Shown: positions 38,647 through 50,637, numbered from the stretch's first letter. The stretch is DNA of 64,000 bases from Myxococcales bacterium (GCA_020633295.1 JACKDW010000001.1:1149828-1213827); one strand, 5' to 3'. Notes: generated from the letters alone by a model not told the origin. Translations and numbers: made by a program.

Positions 38647-39546
38647 GTGGAGAGCATCTACACGTCCCCCGAGGGTAAGCGCGCGCTGCTCGACGTCTAC
38701 GAACGCCAGCTCGCCGCGCTCGAGCGCGCCGGCCAGCGCTTCACCTCACGCCGCGTCGACACGCGTCACGGCGAGACGCACCTGCTGCTCGCCGGGCCGG
38801 AGGACGCGCCGCCGGTCGTGCTGCTGCACGGGGGCAACGGCGACGGCGTGATGATGGCGCGGGGCTTCGCGTCGCTGATCGAGCGCCACCGCTGCGTGTT
38901 CGTCGACATCCCCGGCGAGCCCAACCGCAGCTGCGAGCGCGCCTTCGACAAGTCCCGAGCCGACGACGCGATCGGCCGCTGGATGGAGGACGTGCTCGAC
39001 GCGCTCGCGCTGGAGCGCGTCGCCATGCTCGGCGTCTCGGGCGGCGGCTACCTGACGCTGCGCTGCTGCGCGACGATCCCCGAGCGGCTGCGCCGGGTCG
39101 TGCTGATCACGCCAGAGGGCCTCTCGCGCGCGGGCGCGTGGACGCAGCTGACCCGCGTCGTGTGGCCGCTGCTGCGCTACCGCCTCTCGCCGGGGCGCGC
39201 GAGCGTGCGCCGCTTCCTCGCCGCGCTGAGCACCGCGGGCGCGCCGGTGCCCGCGGACTCGATCGATCACTTCAGCCTCGTGCTCGAGCACGTGCGCAGC
39301 GTGATGAACCTCGGCGCGCCGCTGACCCGCGAGGAGCTGCGCGGGCTCGAGGCGCCGGTGCTCCTGCTCGCCGCGGGCCGCGACGTGCTGTTCCCCGGCG
39401 GCGCGGCGATCGAGCGCGCGCGGGAGATCATCCCGCAGCTCGAGGAGCCGATCCTCGAGCCCGCGGCCAACCACGTCCACGCCGGGTTCTACACCGGCGC
39501 CGCGATGGCGAGGATCCGCGCGTTCCTGGACGCGCCAGGCGCGTGA
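38647..39546 (+). CDS. Alpha/beta-hydrolase fold protein
   Basis: VVLLHGGNGDG. Nucleophile elbow GVSGGG. C-terminal His region. Confidence 0.65.
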   Translation: MESIYTSPEGKRALLDVYERQLAALERAGQRFTSRRVDTRHGETHLLLAGPEDAPPVVLLHGGNGDGVMMARGFASLIERHRCVFVDIPGEPNRSCERAFDKSRADDAIGRWMEDVLDALALERVAMLGVSGGGYLTLRCCATIPERLRRVVLITPEGLSRAGAWTQLTRVVWPLLRYRLSPGRASVRRFLAALSTAGAPVPADSIDHFSLVLEHVRSVMNLGAPLTREELRGLEAPVLLLAAGRDVLFPGGAAIERAREIIPQLEEPILEPAANHVHAGFYTGAAMARIRAFLDAPGA

Positions 39547-39556
39547 GCGGCCGCGA

Positions 39557-41032
39557 TCACTCGGGCACGAACACGGCCTTGAGCGCGCCGCCGGTCATGT
39601 CCGAGTAGGTGTAGTGCACGCCGGCGATCGGCAGCTGCTCCGCCAGCTCGGTCTCGGGATCGAGCCGCCAGGCCCAGCCGTCGTAGTCGACGATCCACAC
39701 CTTGCCCTCGATGTCGATGCTGACGCCGACGGGCGTGCCGCACTGCGGGAAGTAGTGGTTCTTCACCCAGGTCTTGGTGTTGCCGTCGACCTGGATCAGC
39801 CCGCAGCCGGCGCCCCCGTTCGCGTTGGACGCGACCCAGACCTGGTAGTTGAGGTCGACCGCGATCCCGCGGTGACACGAGTTCGTGTCGGGGATGAGGT
39901 GGAAGGTCTGCAGCTGCGGGTCGAAGTAGGAGATCGGGCCGCAGTAGCCGCCGAACCACGGCAGGCCGTTGAAGTCGACCGTCATGCCGTAGGGCGTGTG
40001 CCCCATGCCCGAGTTCCAGTGCGAGAGCTCGAGCGTCTTGCTGTTGACGCGCCAGAGGTCGTCCTGGAACACCCCGGTGAACCACACGTTGCCGTCGCCG
40101 TCCATGGCCGCGCCGTACGGCGCGTGCGAGGCCGGCCAGCCGTCGATCTGCACCGTCGCGTCCTGCACGCCCGAGTTGATGTCGATGCGGCCCATGTAGG
40201 CGATGCCGTTGCTCGTGTGCCAGCCGACCCAGAGCTTCTGCGCGTCGTACTCGCAGGTACCCTGGTTAAAAATGCCAGGGTCGAAGGTCGTCCCGCGCGG
40301 GCCGCCGACGTACTCGGCGATCGGCGGGTTCACGGTCGTCGTCCAGATCCGGCACTCCTCCTGGTCGTAGGGGACGAGCGTGTCCTTGTCGGGCGAGGTC
40401 GTGATCATCCCGTCGTTGTTCTTGTCGATGCAGTCCTCGACCTGCGACGCGTACATGCTGACGGTCCCGGTGCCGCGGTTGGAGACCGCGGCGTAGCGGC
40501 CGTCGATGTTGACCGAGGTGCGCGACGGGCTCGCGGCCGCGGGGTTGGGATCGCTGTAGTAGCGCGCGAGCTCGGTCATCGACTGGGTGTCGATCTTCGA
40601 GATGCTGCCCTGCGCGGTGTTGGCGACCCAGAGGTAGCTGTAGTCGACGTCGCCGTTGCCGCCGCCGCCCATGTTGCAGTCCGCGTCGCCGTCTCCGTCT
40701 CCGTCGCCGTCCCCGTCGCCGTCCCCGTCGCCGTCTCCGTCGCCGTCTCCGTCGCCGTCTCCGTCGCCGTCTCCGTCGCCGTCTCCGTCACCCGCGGTCG
40801 AGCCCGACCCGCTCATCGACGAGTCGGAGCCAGCCGGCCCCGCCGACGTCTCGCTGCCGCCGTCGCTCACCGATCCCGCGGACGCGTCGCTCGCGGCGCT
40901 CGCGTTGCTGTCGCCGCTGTCGCTCGAGGACTCGCTCTCGCGCGTGCTGTCGTCGCCGCACGCCGACGCGATCAGGGTCAGCGCGCCGAGGAGCCCGAGC
41001 GCGCCCCGCCAGTAACCGGTTTGATAAGACAT
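39557..41032 (-). CDS. (GD)n-repeat lipoprotein with C-terminal beta-propeller-like domain
   Basis: Lipobox LTLIASACGDD. S/D-rich linker. (GD)19 from (gacggc)n. Repeated hydrophobic-Trp blades (NGIAYMGRI, GNVWFTG, GKVWIVD). Confidence 0.65.
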   Translation of the reverse strand: MSYQTGYWRGALGLLGALTLIASACGDDSTRESESSSDSGDSNASAASDASAGSVSDGGSETSAGPAGSDSSMSGSGSTAGDGDGDGDGDGDGDGDGDGDGDGDGDGDGDGDGDGDADCNMGGGGNGDVDYSYLWVANTAQGSISKIDTQSMTELARYYSDPNPAAASPSRTSVNIDGRYAAVSNRGTGTVSMYASQVEDCIDKNNDGMITTSPDKDTLVPYDQEECRIWTTTVNPPIAEYVGGPRGTTFDPGIFNQGTCEYDAQKLWVGWHTSNGIAYMGRIDINSGVQDATVQIDGWPASHAPYGAAMDGDGNVWFTGVFQDDLWRVNSKTLELSHWNSGMGHTPYGMTVDFNGLPWFGGYCGPISYFDPQLQTFHLIPDTNSCHRGIAVDLNYQVWVASNANGGAGCGLIQVDGNTKTWVKNHYFPQCGTPVGVSIDIEGKVWIVDYDGWAWRLDPETELAEQLPIAGVHYTYSDMTGGALKAVFVPE

Positions 41033-41246
41033 GTTTTAAAAGATAGTTGAATGAGCCACCGCCGGGAAGCGGTCCTGAGCGCCGCGCGTCGCCGCCCCGA
41101 GCGCCGCGCGTCGCCGCGAGCTCGCGCGCCGACGTGAGCGAACATGGCCGTGAGACCAGGATAAAGCCACGCGGCCGCAGACGACGGCGACGGGCAGCGC
41201 GCGCCCGCCCGGTGCGCGAGCGCCCGGCTGGCGACCCGGTTCCGGC

Positions 41247-43181
41247 TCAGGGGTCGAGCGGCACGAGCGCCGCGGCGTCGAGGTCCTCGTTGTCGCCGAT
41301 GTCGTCGACCGCGCCGTTGCCGAGCTGCCCGGCGCTCCCGCGACCCCAGCAGCGCACCGCGCCGTCAAAGGCGCGCGCGCAGGTGTGCGCCCCGCCGGCG
41401 ACGAGCCCAGCCTGCGTCTCGAGCGTGAGCGCACCGACGGCGCTCGGCACCTCCCCGGGGTCGTCGCCGAGGTTCTCCGAGTCGCCGTAGCCCAGCCGAC
41501 CGTTCGCGCCGGCGCCCCAGCACAGCGCGCCGGCGCCCCCGGCGAGGATCGTGCACGTGTGCTCGGCGCCTGCGGCCACCGTCTCGTTGTCGCCGCCCGT
41601 CGAGATGAAGCCCGCGTTCATCACCGTGGTGAGCGCGCTGTCGCCGATGTTCGCCGTGTCGCCCTGCCCGAGCTGACCCGAGGCGCCCTGACCCCAGCAC
41701 AGCAGCTCGCGGATGGTGTTGACCTCGAACACGCCGCAGGAGAACCGCCCGCCGACGCGCAGCGCGACCGCGTCCGCGTCGACCAGCACGTACGGGCTCG
41801 CGCCCGCGCTCTCCGTGACCATGGCGCCGTAGTCGTCGGTGTCGTCGTGCCCGAGCTGCCCCTGATCGTTGCGACCCCAGCAGCGGATCTTGCCCCCCGT
41901 CTGCGTCGAGACCAGGGCGCAGCTGTGATCGCCGCCCGCGGCGATCGCCTGCACGAGGGCGTCGTCGGGGAACAACAGCGGCGTCAGGTCGACGAGCGAC
42001 TCGTCGTCGCCGAGCGACTCGGCCGAGCCGCGACCGAGCTGCCCGAAGGTCCCTCGCCCCCAGCACAGCGCGCCGCCGTCCTTCAACATCACGCAGGTGT
42101 GCGCGTCGCCGGCCGCGACGCTCACGACGACGGCGCCGACGGGCAGCGGCACCGGCCCGACCTCGGCGGGGACCTCGTCGTCCCCCACGTCGTCCGTGTT
42201 GCCGTAGCCCAGCTGCCCCTCGGCGTTGTCGCCCCAGCAGAACAGCGCGCCCTCGTCCGTGTACGCGCAGGTGTGCCGTCCGCCGGCCGCGAGCCCGAGC
42301 ACGCGGTACTGCGGGCCGCCGAGATCGACGTCGAGGTAGGGCAGCGACCCGGGGCTGTTGCCGACGGTGTTCGTGTCGCCGTAGCCGAGGCGCCCGTCGC
42401 TCCCCTTCCCCCAGCAGCGGATCGCGCCGCCCCACAGCAGCGCGCAGGTGTGCTCATCGCCCGCGACGAGCGCCCGCGCGCCGCCCTTGAACACGCAGAA
42501 CGACTCGCACAGCGCCGCGTCCTCGTCGTCGGCAGACGGGTCGCACTGCTCGTGCAGATCGTGCACGGCGTTGCCGCAGGTGGTCCACTGGCAGCTGTTG
42601 TTGCACATCGGCCCGCCCTCGCAGGCCTCCTCCAGCCCCGGGCCCTGCTGCACCACGCCGTCGCCGCAGCTCGCGGCCACGCAGGCGTTCGAACAGGCGT
42701 CGAGGTCGTCGAGGTTGCCGTCGTCGCACTCTTCGTCGTCGTCGAGCACGCCGTCGCCGCACACGCCACCGCTGGTCGTCGTGCCGTCGGTGGTCGTGCC
42801 CGTCGAGCTCTCGCTGGTCGAGCTCGTCGAGCTCGTCAGGCCCTCCGTCGTGCTCGACGTCAGCGGGTCCGTGGAGGACGCGTCCCCCGTGGTCTCGACC
42901 GTGGTCCCCGGCCCCTCGGTCGCGGGCGCGGTCGTCGTCCCCTCGCTCGTCGCCGCGCCGTCGCAGCCCTCGAGGCCGAGGCTCTCGAACGAGAGGCCGT
43001 CAGTGTGGCAGTGCCCGGGCGTCGCCGTGCAGCCGGCGCCGAGGCACATCACCGCACCGAGCGCCGCGACGGACAGCGCGGCCCACAGCTCCAGATCTCG
43101 ACGCACCACCGTCGCTATCGTACCGCGGACCTGGCCGCCCGCGCAGGTCCAGCTGATCGCGCGCTTCCGCGCCGCGCCCAC
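41247..43181 (-). CDS. Lipoprotein with Myxococcus-type cysteine-rich repeats followed by RCC1-like repeats (about 6)
   Basis: CGDGVLDDDEECDDGN and following Cys repeats. Repeated CWGxxxxGQLGxG blades (RCWGKGSDGRLGYG, FCWGDNAEGQLGYG, LCWGRGTFGQLGRG, RCWGRNDQGQLGHD, LCWGQGASGQLGQG, RCWGRGSAGQLGNG). Start uncertain (lipobox LGAGCTA). Confidence 0.7.
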   Translation of the reverse strand: MGAARKRAISWTCAGGQVRGTIATVVRRDLELWAALSVAALGAVMCLGAGCTATPGHCHTDGLSFESLGLEGCDGAATSEGTTTAPATEGPGTTVETTGDASSTDPLTSSTTEGLTSSTSSTSESSTGTTTDGTTTSGGVCGDGVLDDDEECDDGNLDDLDACSNACVAASCGDGVVQQGPGLEEACEGGPMCNNSCQWTTCGNAVHDLHEQCDPSADDEDAALCESFCVFKGGARALVAGDEHTCALLWGGAIRCWGKGSDGRLGYGDTNTVGNSPGSLPYLDVDLGGPQYRVLGLAAGGRHTCAYTDEGALFCWGDNAEGQLGYGNTDDVGDDEVPAEVGPVPLPVGAVVVSVAAGDAHTCVMLKDGGALCWGRGTFGQLGRGSAESLGDDESLVDLTPLLFPDDALVQAIAAGGDHSCALVSTQTGGKIRCWGRNDQGQLGHDDTDDYGAMVTESAGASPYVLVDADAVALRVGGRFSCGVFEVNTIRELLCWGQGASGQLGQGDTANIGDSALTTVMNAGFISTGGDNETVAAGAEHTCTILAGGAGALCWGAGANGRLGYGDSENLGDDPGEVPSAVGALTLETQAGLVAGGAHTCARAFDGAVRCWGRGSAGQLGNGAVDDIGDNEDLDAAALVPLDP

Positions 43182-43292
43182 GCGCCGCGACGCGGACGCG
43201 CGCGCGCCTCGCCTCGCCGCGCGCTCACCCGCCCGCGACGACGCGCGACGCGGACCGAGCCGCGCGCGTCGGCGCGAGCGCGCGCGCCCTGA

Positions 43293-44594
43293 CTACCCGA
43301 GCGGCGGGCAGTCGTAGTTGAAGCTCATCTCGCCGGACTGCTGATACGCGTTGCAGGCCGCGCCGCACAGCTCGATGAAGGTCTCGCTCCCGTCGGTGTA
43401 GCGCCAGCCGGTCTCGGTCGCGCAGTCCGCCCCGTCGGGCAGCGGGTCGGGGTACGAGTCGCCGCCGACCTCGATCCGCAGCGTCGTCATGTCGGGCTGA
43501 TCGCCGGGGACCTGGATGATGCACGGCAGCACGCCGCCGATGATCCCCTGCAGCGCCTCCTGCAGCTCGATCTTGTTGACCGTGTTGTAGAACTTCTCCG
43601 TGGGGTCGTCCTTCGGTCGCCCGCCGGCGACGGCCGCGTCGTTGAGCACCTCGAAGGGGTTGATCCCCTGGTTGTCGGGCGCGTTCTCGATGTCGACGCC
43701 GATCACGTAGGTGGCGATGCCCTGCGCGAGCGCGTCGGTGATCGTCGGCACGAGGTTGGCGTCGTACTCGAGCAGCTGATCGTCGTTGTTCGCGTTCGTG
43801 CTGCAGTTCGCGGAGCCGTCGGTGATGAAGATGATCAGGCTCTGCGGCTTGTCCTCGCCGGTCATCGGGTCCGGCAGGCCGAGCAGGTGATCGACCGCCG
43901 ACGCGACGCCGCGCTCGGCCGGCGTGCCGCCGGCGAGGCTCGTGTCGCTGGCCCCGGGGATCCCGGCCAGCACGCTGCTGGCGTTCGTCGGCGCGACCGG
44001 GACCTCGGGCGGCGAGTTGACGAGGCACGCGTCGGGGCCGAGCGCGGGCACGGCGTCGACCGAGGGGAACAGCTGCGCGCCGAGGTTGAGGTTGCCGTCG
44101 TACTGCGTCCCGATCAGCTCGACGACCTCGTGCAGGCTGCGCCAGCGCGTGACCTTCGGCGTCGCCGGCGTCATCGGGTCGCTGTCCTTGAAGCCGTCGT
44201 CGTTCGCGTCGTCGGCGTCGTCGTCCCAGTTGTTGTTGTCGTTGACCATCGAGCCGGACTTGTCGAGCACCAGCATGACGTTGGGCGCGGTGTTGGTCTG
44301 CATGTCGACCGCCGCGCCGCCGCACCAGTTGCCGTCGAACATGCACACGCCCTCGTTGCAGATCTCGGTGATGTCGCAGTCCGACTCGGACTCGCACATC
44401 ACGGGGCCGCCCGCGGTCGTCCCCGAGTCGGTGTCGGACCCGCTGGTGGAGATCGACGACGTGACGCCGAGCGAGTCGATCCCGCCCGCGTCCTCGGTGC
44501 CCGCAGATGAGGTGGTCCCGCTCCCGCTGTCTCCGCAGGCTCCGAGGAGCAGCGCGAGCGCGAGCGCGCGGTGGCGTCTGGTCATGGCGTTCAT
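43293..44594 (-). CDS. vWA-domain lipoprotein (MIDAS motif) with S/T/D linker and Cys-containing C-terminal domain
   Basis: Lipobox LLLGACGDS. MIDAS VLDKSGSM. FITDGSAN. ATG at 44592-44594. Upstream part of the track ORF is artefact. Confidence 0.7.
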   Translation of the reverse strand: MNAMTRRHRALALALLLGACGDSGSGTTSSAGTEDAGGIDSLGVTSSISTSGSDTDSGTTAGGPVMCESESDCDITEICNEGVCMFDGNWCGGAAVDMQTNTAPNVMLVLDKSGSMVNDNNNWDDDADDANDDGFKDSDPMTPATPKVTRWRSLHEVVELIGTQYDGNLNLGAQLFPSVDAVPALGPDACLVNSPPEVPVAPTNASSVLAGIPGASDTSLAGGTPAERGVASAVDHLLGLPDPMTGEDKPQSLIIFITDGSANCSTNANNDDQLLEYDANLVPTITDALAQGIATYVIGVDIENAPDNQGINPFEVLNDAAVAGGRPKDDPTEKFYNTVNKIELQEALQGIIGGVLPCIIQVPGDQPDMTTLRIEVGGDSYPDPLPDGADCATETGWRYTDGSETFIELCGAACNAYQQSGEMSFNYDCPPLG

Positions 44595-44662
44595 TGTCTG
44601 GCTGTCCTTTCGTCGCGGGCCGACGCCGCGCGCCAGGCCGCCTCCTCGAGCACCTCGGCGCG

Positions 44663-45970
44663 TTACTCGATGATCGCCTCGCACGCGCACTCGATGACGA
44701 CCTTGACCTCGCCCTCCTGGATCGCAACGCACGCGTCGCCGACGAGCTCGATCTCGTCGGGCGCGTTGAGCTGCCAGCCGTCGGGGTCCTCGTACGGCAC
44801 CTCGTCGTCGTTGATCGTCACGCGGCACTCTGACTCCATGCCGTCGACGACCTCGACGTTGAGCGCGAGCTTGCAGTCGCGCACGCCGTTGATGATCGTG
44901 TTGAACGCGTCGACGAGGCCCTGGCTGTCGTTGGCCTTCCAGAACTCCGCGTCGTCGGGCGCCATCTGGCCGAGCCCCGCGTTGGCGAGGTCCTGCAGGT
45001 GCTGATCGCTCACGTCGTTGCCGACGCTGATGACGAACACCTGCACGCCCGCGGTGTAGGCGTTGGCGGCGGCCGCGACCGAGACGGCCTGGCCGTTCTG
45101 CGGATCGGGCTCGGCGCAGGTGTCGGGCTCGCCGTCGGTCGCCAGCACGATGACCTTGGGTCCGTCGTCTGGCAGCGCGAGCAGCGTCGGCACCACGGCG
45201 TCGATCGCCTCGCCGGTCGGCGTGTCGTCCTCGGGGACGTTCTGCGAGTAGAGCGCGTCCATGGCCGCGGAGTTGTTCAGCGCCACGGGCGTCTCGGCCA
45301 TGACCGGGCACTCGCCGAAGTCGAAGCCGTTGAAGCTGGTGTAGAGCGAGAGGCCGAAGTGGACCTGGGACTCGTACTGCGCGACGACGCCGACGTCCTG
45401 GTCAAACAGCGCCTCGTAGACCGCCTCCCAGCGCGTCTGGCCCGAGAAGTTCTGGGTCATGCTCCCCGACTGATCGACGAGCACGACGACGTAGGGCTCG
45501 GTCGGCGCGAACAGCACGTTCGCGCCGCAGATCTCCTCGGTGTCCGAGCCGGTCTCGGTCTCCCCGTTCGTGTTGGAGTTCGAGTTCGAGTTCGAGTTCG
45601 AGTTCGAGTTCGAGTTCGAGCTCGAGTCCGTCGCGGAGTTCGAGTCGCTGTTGGAGTTGGAGTCGGAGTTCGAGTCGGTCCCGGCGCTCGAGTTCGAGTC
45701 GCTGTTGGAGTCCGAGCCCGCCGAGTCCGACGCGGTCTGCGAGTCCGAGTTCGACGCGCTCGCCGGGCCCGCGCTCGCCGAGTCGCTGTTGCTGTCGCTC
45801 GGGCCGTTGCTGTCGCTCAGCGACATCGCCTGGCACGTCTCGAGGCTCTGGCTGCCCGCGAAGCCGTCATCGCTGCAGTTGTTGCCGCACGCGGGGACGA
45901 CCACGGCCGCGGCGGCGAACGAGAACACCCCGCCGATCGCGGGGATAACGCGTCGAATTACGAATTGCAT
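44663..45970 (-). CDS. Second vWA-domain lipoprotein, paralogous architecture, with (SN)n/(SD)n repeat linker
   Basis: Lipobox VVVPACGNN. (NS)n from (gagttc)n. MIDAS VLVDQSGSM. LATDGEPD. C-terminal Cys pair CACE. Confidence 0.7.
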   Translation of the reverse strand: MQFVIRRVIPAIGGVFSFAAAAVVVPACGNNCSDDGFAGSQSLETCQAMSLSDSNGPSDSNSDSASAGPASASNSDSQTASDSAGSDSNSDSNSSAGTDSNSDSNSNSDSNSATDSSSNSNSNSNSNSNSNSNTNGETETGSDTEEICGANVLFAPTEPYVVVLVDQSGSMTQNFSGQTRWEAVYEALFDQDVGVVAQYESQVHFGLSLYTSFNGFDFGECPVMAETPVALNNSAAMDALYSQNVPEDDTPTGEAIDAVVPTLLALPDDGPKVIVLATDGEPDTCAEPDPQNGQAVSVAAAANAYTAGVQVFVISVGNDVSDQHLQDLANAGLGQMAPDDAEFWKANDSQGLVDAFNTIINGVRDCKLALNVEVVDGMESECRVTINDDEVPYEDPDGWQLNAPDEIELVGDACVAIQEGEVKVVIECACEAIIE

Positions 45971-46024
45971 GTATTTCGCTCCGGCACCCGCGCCCGGTCG
46001 ACGTGGGTGTTCGGGCATATTTTC

Positions 46025-46050
46025 ACATGTTCATTTAGACATGTCCATTT
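46025..46050. promoter_or_regulatory. Two direct 12-mers ACATGT(T/C)CATTT spaced 14 bp in an AT-rich island upstream of the vWA gene
   Basis: acatgttcattt ag acatgtccattt. Each contains the ACATGT palindrome. Confidence 0.45.
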
Positions 46051-46219
46051 GGCGCTTTTCCAAACGCCCGCGAAATTCGTGGGCAGAGGTCCCCACGCCG
46101 CGACGGCGCGCCGGGCCGCGGCCGCGCGCCCCCACGGCTGATTCCGAGCGCGCGAGCGCGTCGCGCCGCGCGAGCGAAAACCTGGCGCGAAGGTCAGCTA
46201 AACTCGACGAGCCGCGGGG

Positions 46220-48460
<2,241 letters not shown>

Positions 48461-48579
48461 GCACGCGAGCCTACGCCAACCCGCGCGCCCGAGACCAGCG
48501 CGGCGCCCCGCGAACGCGGAAGTTTCGGCGTATCATCCCGCGTGTCGACGCTCGCGGACCACGAGCGTCCCCCCGGTCC

Positions 48580-50046
48580 ATGCCGCCCCGGTCCTACGCG
48601 CCCGAGCTCACGCGGGCCCACCTCAGCAACCGCTTCCTCGGCAGCCTGATCCGCTACTTCACCGAGCACTTCGGGGAGGACCGCGTGGGCGCGATCGTCG
48701 AGGAGGCCGGGCTCAGCCTCGCGTACCTCTACGACACCTCGCGCTGGACCTCGGTCGAGTTCGACCGGCGCCTGTGCGACGCGGTCGCGCACCAGATCGG
48801 CGGGCTCGTCGACGCGCCGCCCTACAACCACCCGCTGTGGCAGCACTGGCGCCGCGCGTCCTCGGCGATGTTCGACCGCCAGGACGTCATGGGGCCGCTG
48901 TGGCTGCTGCTCTGGTCGTTCGAGCAGCCTTCGAACTTCTTCGCCAACATCGACAACCTGTACACGCGCGGCAACCGAGTCACGCGCATGGAGGTCGTCG
49001 CGCACGCGCCCGGGCGCACGCTCGTGCGCGCGCGCTTCGAGGGGCCGCTGCGCGTCGATCGCCCCGGGACGTGCTGGAGCCGACGCGGGCTGTTCGAGGC
49101 CATCCCGACGATCTGGCGGCTGCCGCGAGCGAGCGTCGTCCACCCGCCGCACCAGTGTATCCACCGCGCCCACCGGGCCGAGCACTGCATCTACGACATC
49201 CGCTACCACGACGCGCAGGAGGTCGACCCGAGCGAGGAGCTCGCGCGCCTGCGGCGGCAGATCCGGCGGGCCCTGCCCGCGCTGCTCGAGTCCATGGACC
49301 GGCAGTACGAGGAGCACCGCGAGGCGCTGATCACTCAGCGCAAGACCGCGCACTACCTGCCGCCCTCGCTGGTCGAGGCGATCCGCATCAACCCCGAGGC
49401 CGAGCTGCGCCTCGGCGGCGAGCACAACACCGGCGCCGTGCTGTTCGCCGACATCAAGGGCTTCACCGCGCGCTGCCGCACGACCCCGGCGGACGAGGTG
49501 ATGACGCAGCTCAACCTGTACTTCGAGCGCGTCGAGTCGATCATCGAGGCCCACGGCGGGATCGTCGACAAGCGCATGGGCGACGGCCTCATGGTCGTGT
49601 TCATCGACCCCGAGCGCGGCACGCCGCTGACGACGCTCGCGGCGGCCGCCGTGCGCTGCGGGCTCGCCATGCTCGACGTCATGCCGGCGCTCGGCGAGGT
49701 CCTGGCGACGCGCGGCGCCGAGCCGCTGCACCTGCGCGTCGGCGTGGCCGCCGGGCGCGTCGTCCAGGGCAACCTCGGCTCGGCGCGGCGCATGGAGTAC
49801 ACGGTCATCGGCGAGGCGGTGAACCTCGCCTCGCGGCTCGAGACGGCCGCGCCCGCCGACCGCCTGCTGTGCACGCCCGAGTGCCTCGCCGACGTCGAGC
49901 CCGAGCTCTACAAGCGCCAGGACGCGCGCGTGGTCGACGTCAAGGGCGTCGGCCCGGTCCGCACGATCGAGCTGACGCCCGCGCTCGGGGCCGCGCGCAC
50001 GCCGAGGCCGTCGGACTCGTCGATCATGCGCCTGCGCGAGCTGTGA
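48580..50046 (+). CDS. Class III adenylate/guanylate cyclase with about 270-aa N-terminal domain of unknown function
   Basis: Cyclase core VLFADIKGFT...GDGLMVVF...YTVIGEAVNLASRLE. N-terminal region Cys/His/Trp-rich without obvious TM. Confidence 0.7.
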   Translation: MPPRSYAPELTRAHLSNRFLGSLIRYFTEHFGEDRVGAIVEEAGLSLAYLYDTSRWTSVEFDRRLCDAVAHQIGGLVDAPPYNHPLWQHWRRASSAMFDRQDVMGPLWLLLWSFEQPSNFFANIDNLYTRGNRVTRMEVVAHAPGRTLVRARFEGPLRVDRPGTCWSRRGLFEAIPTIWRLPRASVVHPPHQCIHRAHRAEHCIYDIRYHDAQEVDPSEELARLRRQIRRALPALLESMDRQYEEHREALITQRKTAHYLPPSLVEAIRINPEAELRLGGEHNTGAVLFADIKGFTARCRTTPADEVMTQLNLYFERVESIIEAHGGIVDKRMGDGLMVVFIDPERGTPLTTLAAAAVRCGLAMLDVMPALGEVLATRGAEPLHLRVGVAAGRVVQGNLGSARRMEYTVIGEAVNLASRLETAAPADRLLCTPECLADVEPELYKRQDARVVDVKGVGPVRTIELTPALGAARTPRPSDSSIMRLREL

Positions 50047-50058
50047 GCGCGCGGCGTT

Positions 50059-50637
50059 CTACATGTCTTCAGGGTCATCATGGTCGGCGCCGTCGCGACC
50101 GCGGCCGAGCGGGAACGCGGCCTCGACCCGGTACTTCGAGCCGTGCCGGGAGAGCACGCTCGAGTACAGCCGCACCGCGTCGACGCGAAACGGCAGGCAG
50201 GCGTACAGCGCGTGCGCCTGGACGAACTCGGCGACGCGGCGCTCGGGCGTCCGCTTGAGCCGCGCGAGCGTCACGTGCGGCGCGAACTTGCGGCGCTCGG
50301 GCTCGATCCCCAGCGGCGTGAGCAGGCGATCGACGCGGCGCTTGAGCTCGCGGACCGGCTCCGGGTGGCGCACGCCGACCCAGATCACGCGCGGCTGGCC
50401 GCGCGGCGGGAACACGCCGACGCCCGCGAGCTCGAGCTCGAACGCGGGCGCCTCGAGCTCGCCGAGCGCGTCCGTGATCGCGCGCGCGAGCCCGCCGTCC
50501 GTGTCGCCGAGGAAGGTCAGCGTGAGGTGAAGCTTGTCGCGGCCCTCCCAGCGCGCGCCCGGCAGCCCGCCGTGCAGGAGCTCGAGCTGCTGGTCGACGA
50601 GGTCGGGGAGGTCGAGGCCGATGAACAGGCGCGGCAC
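50059..50637 (-). CDS. thpR: RNA 2',3'-cyclic phosphodiesterase (2H family, ThpR/LigT)
   Basis: Two HxT/Sx motifs: HLTLTFLG and HVTLARL. Confidence 0.7.
   Translation of the reverse strand: MPRLFIGLDLPDLVDQQLELLHGGLPGARWEGRDKLHLTLTFLGDTDGGLARAITDALGELEAPAFELELAGVGVFPPRGQPRVIWVGVRHPEPVRELKRRVDRLLTPLGIEPERRKFAPHVTLARLKRTPERRVAEFVQAHALYACLPFRVDAVRLYSSVLSRHGSKYRVEAAFPLGRGRDGADHDDPEDM

Noticed and set aside
39614-43292. Plus-strand ORFs 39614-41050 and 41385-43292 opposite the GD-propeller and RCC1 genes
   Set aside because: They are antisense translations of GD and RCC1 repeats (VAV/SVA repeats, Arg-rich) with no independent support.
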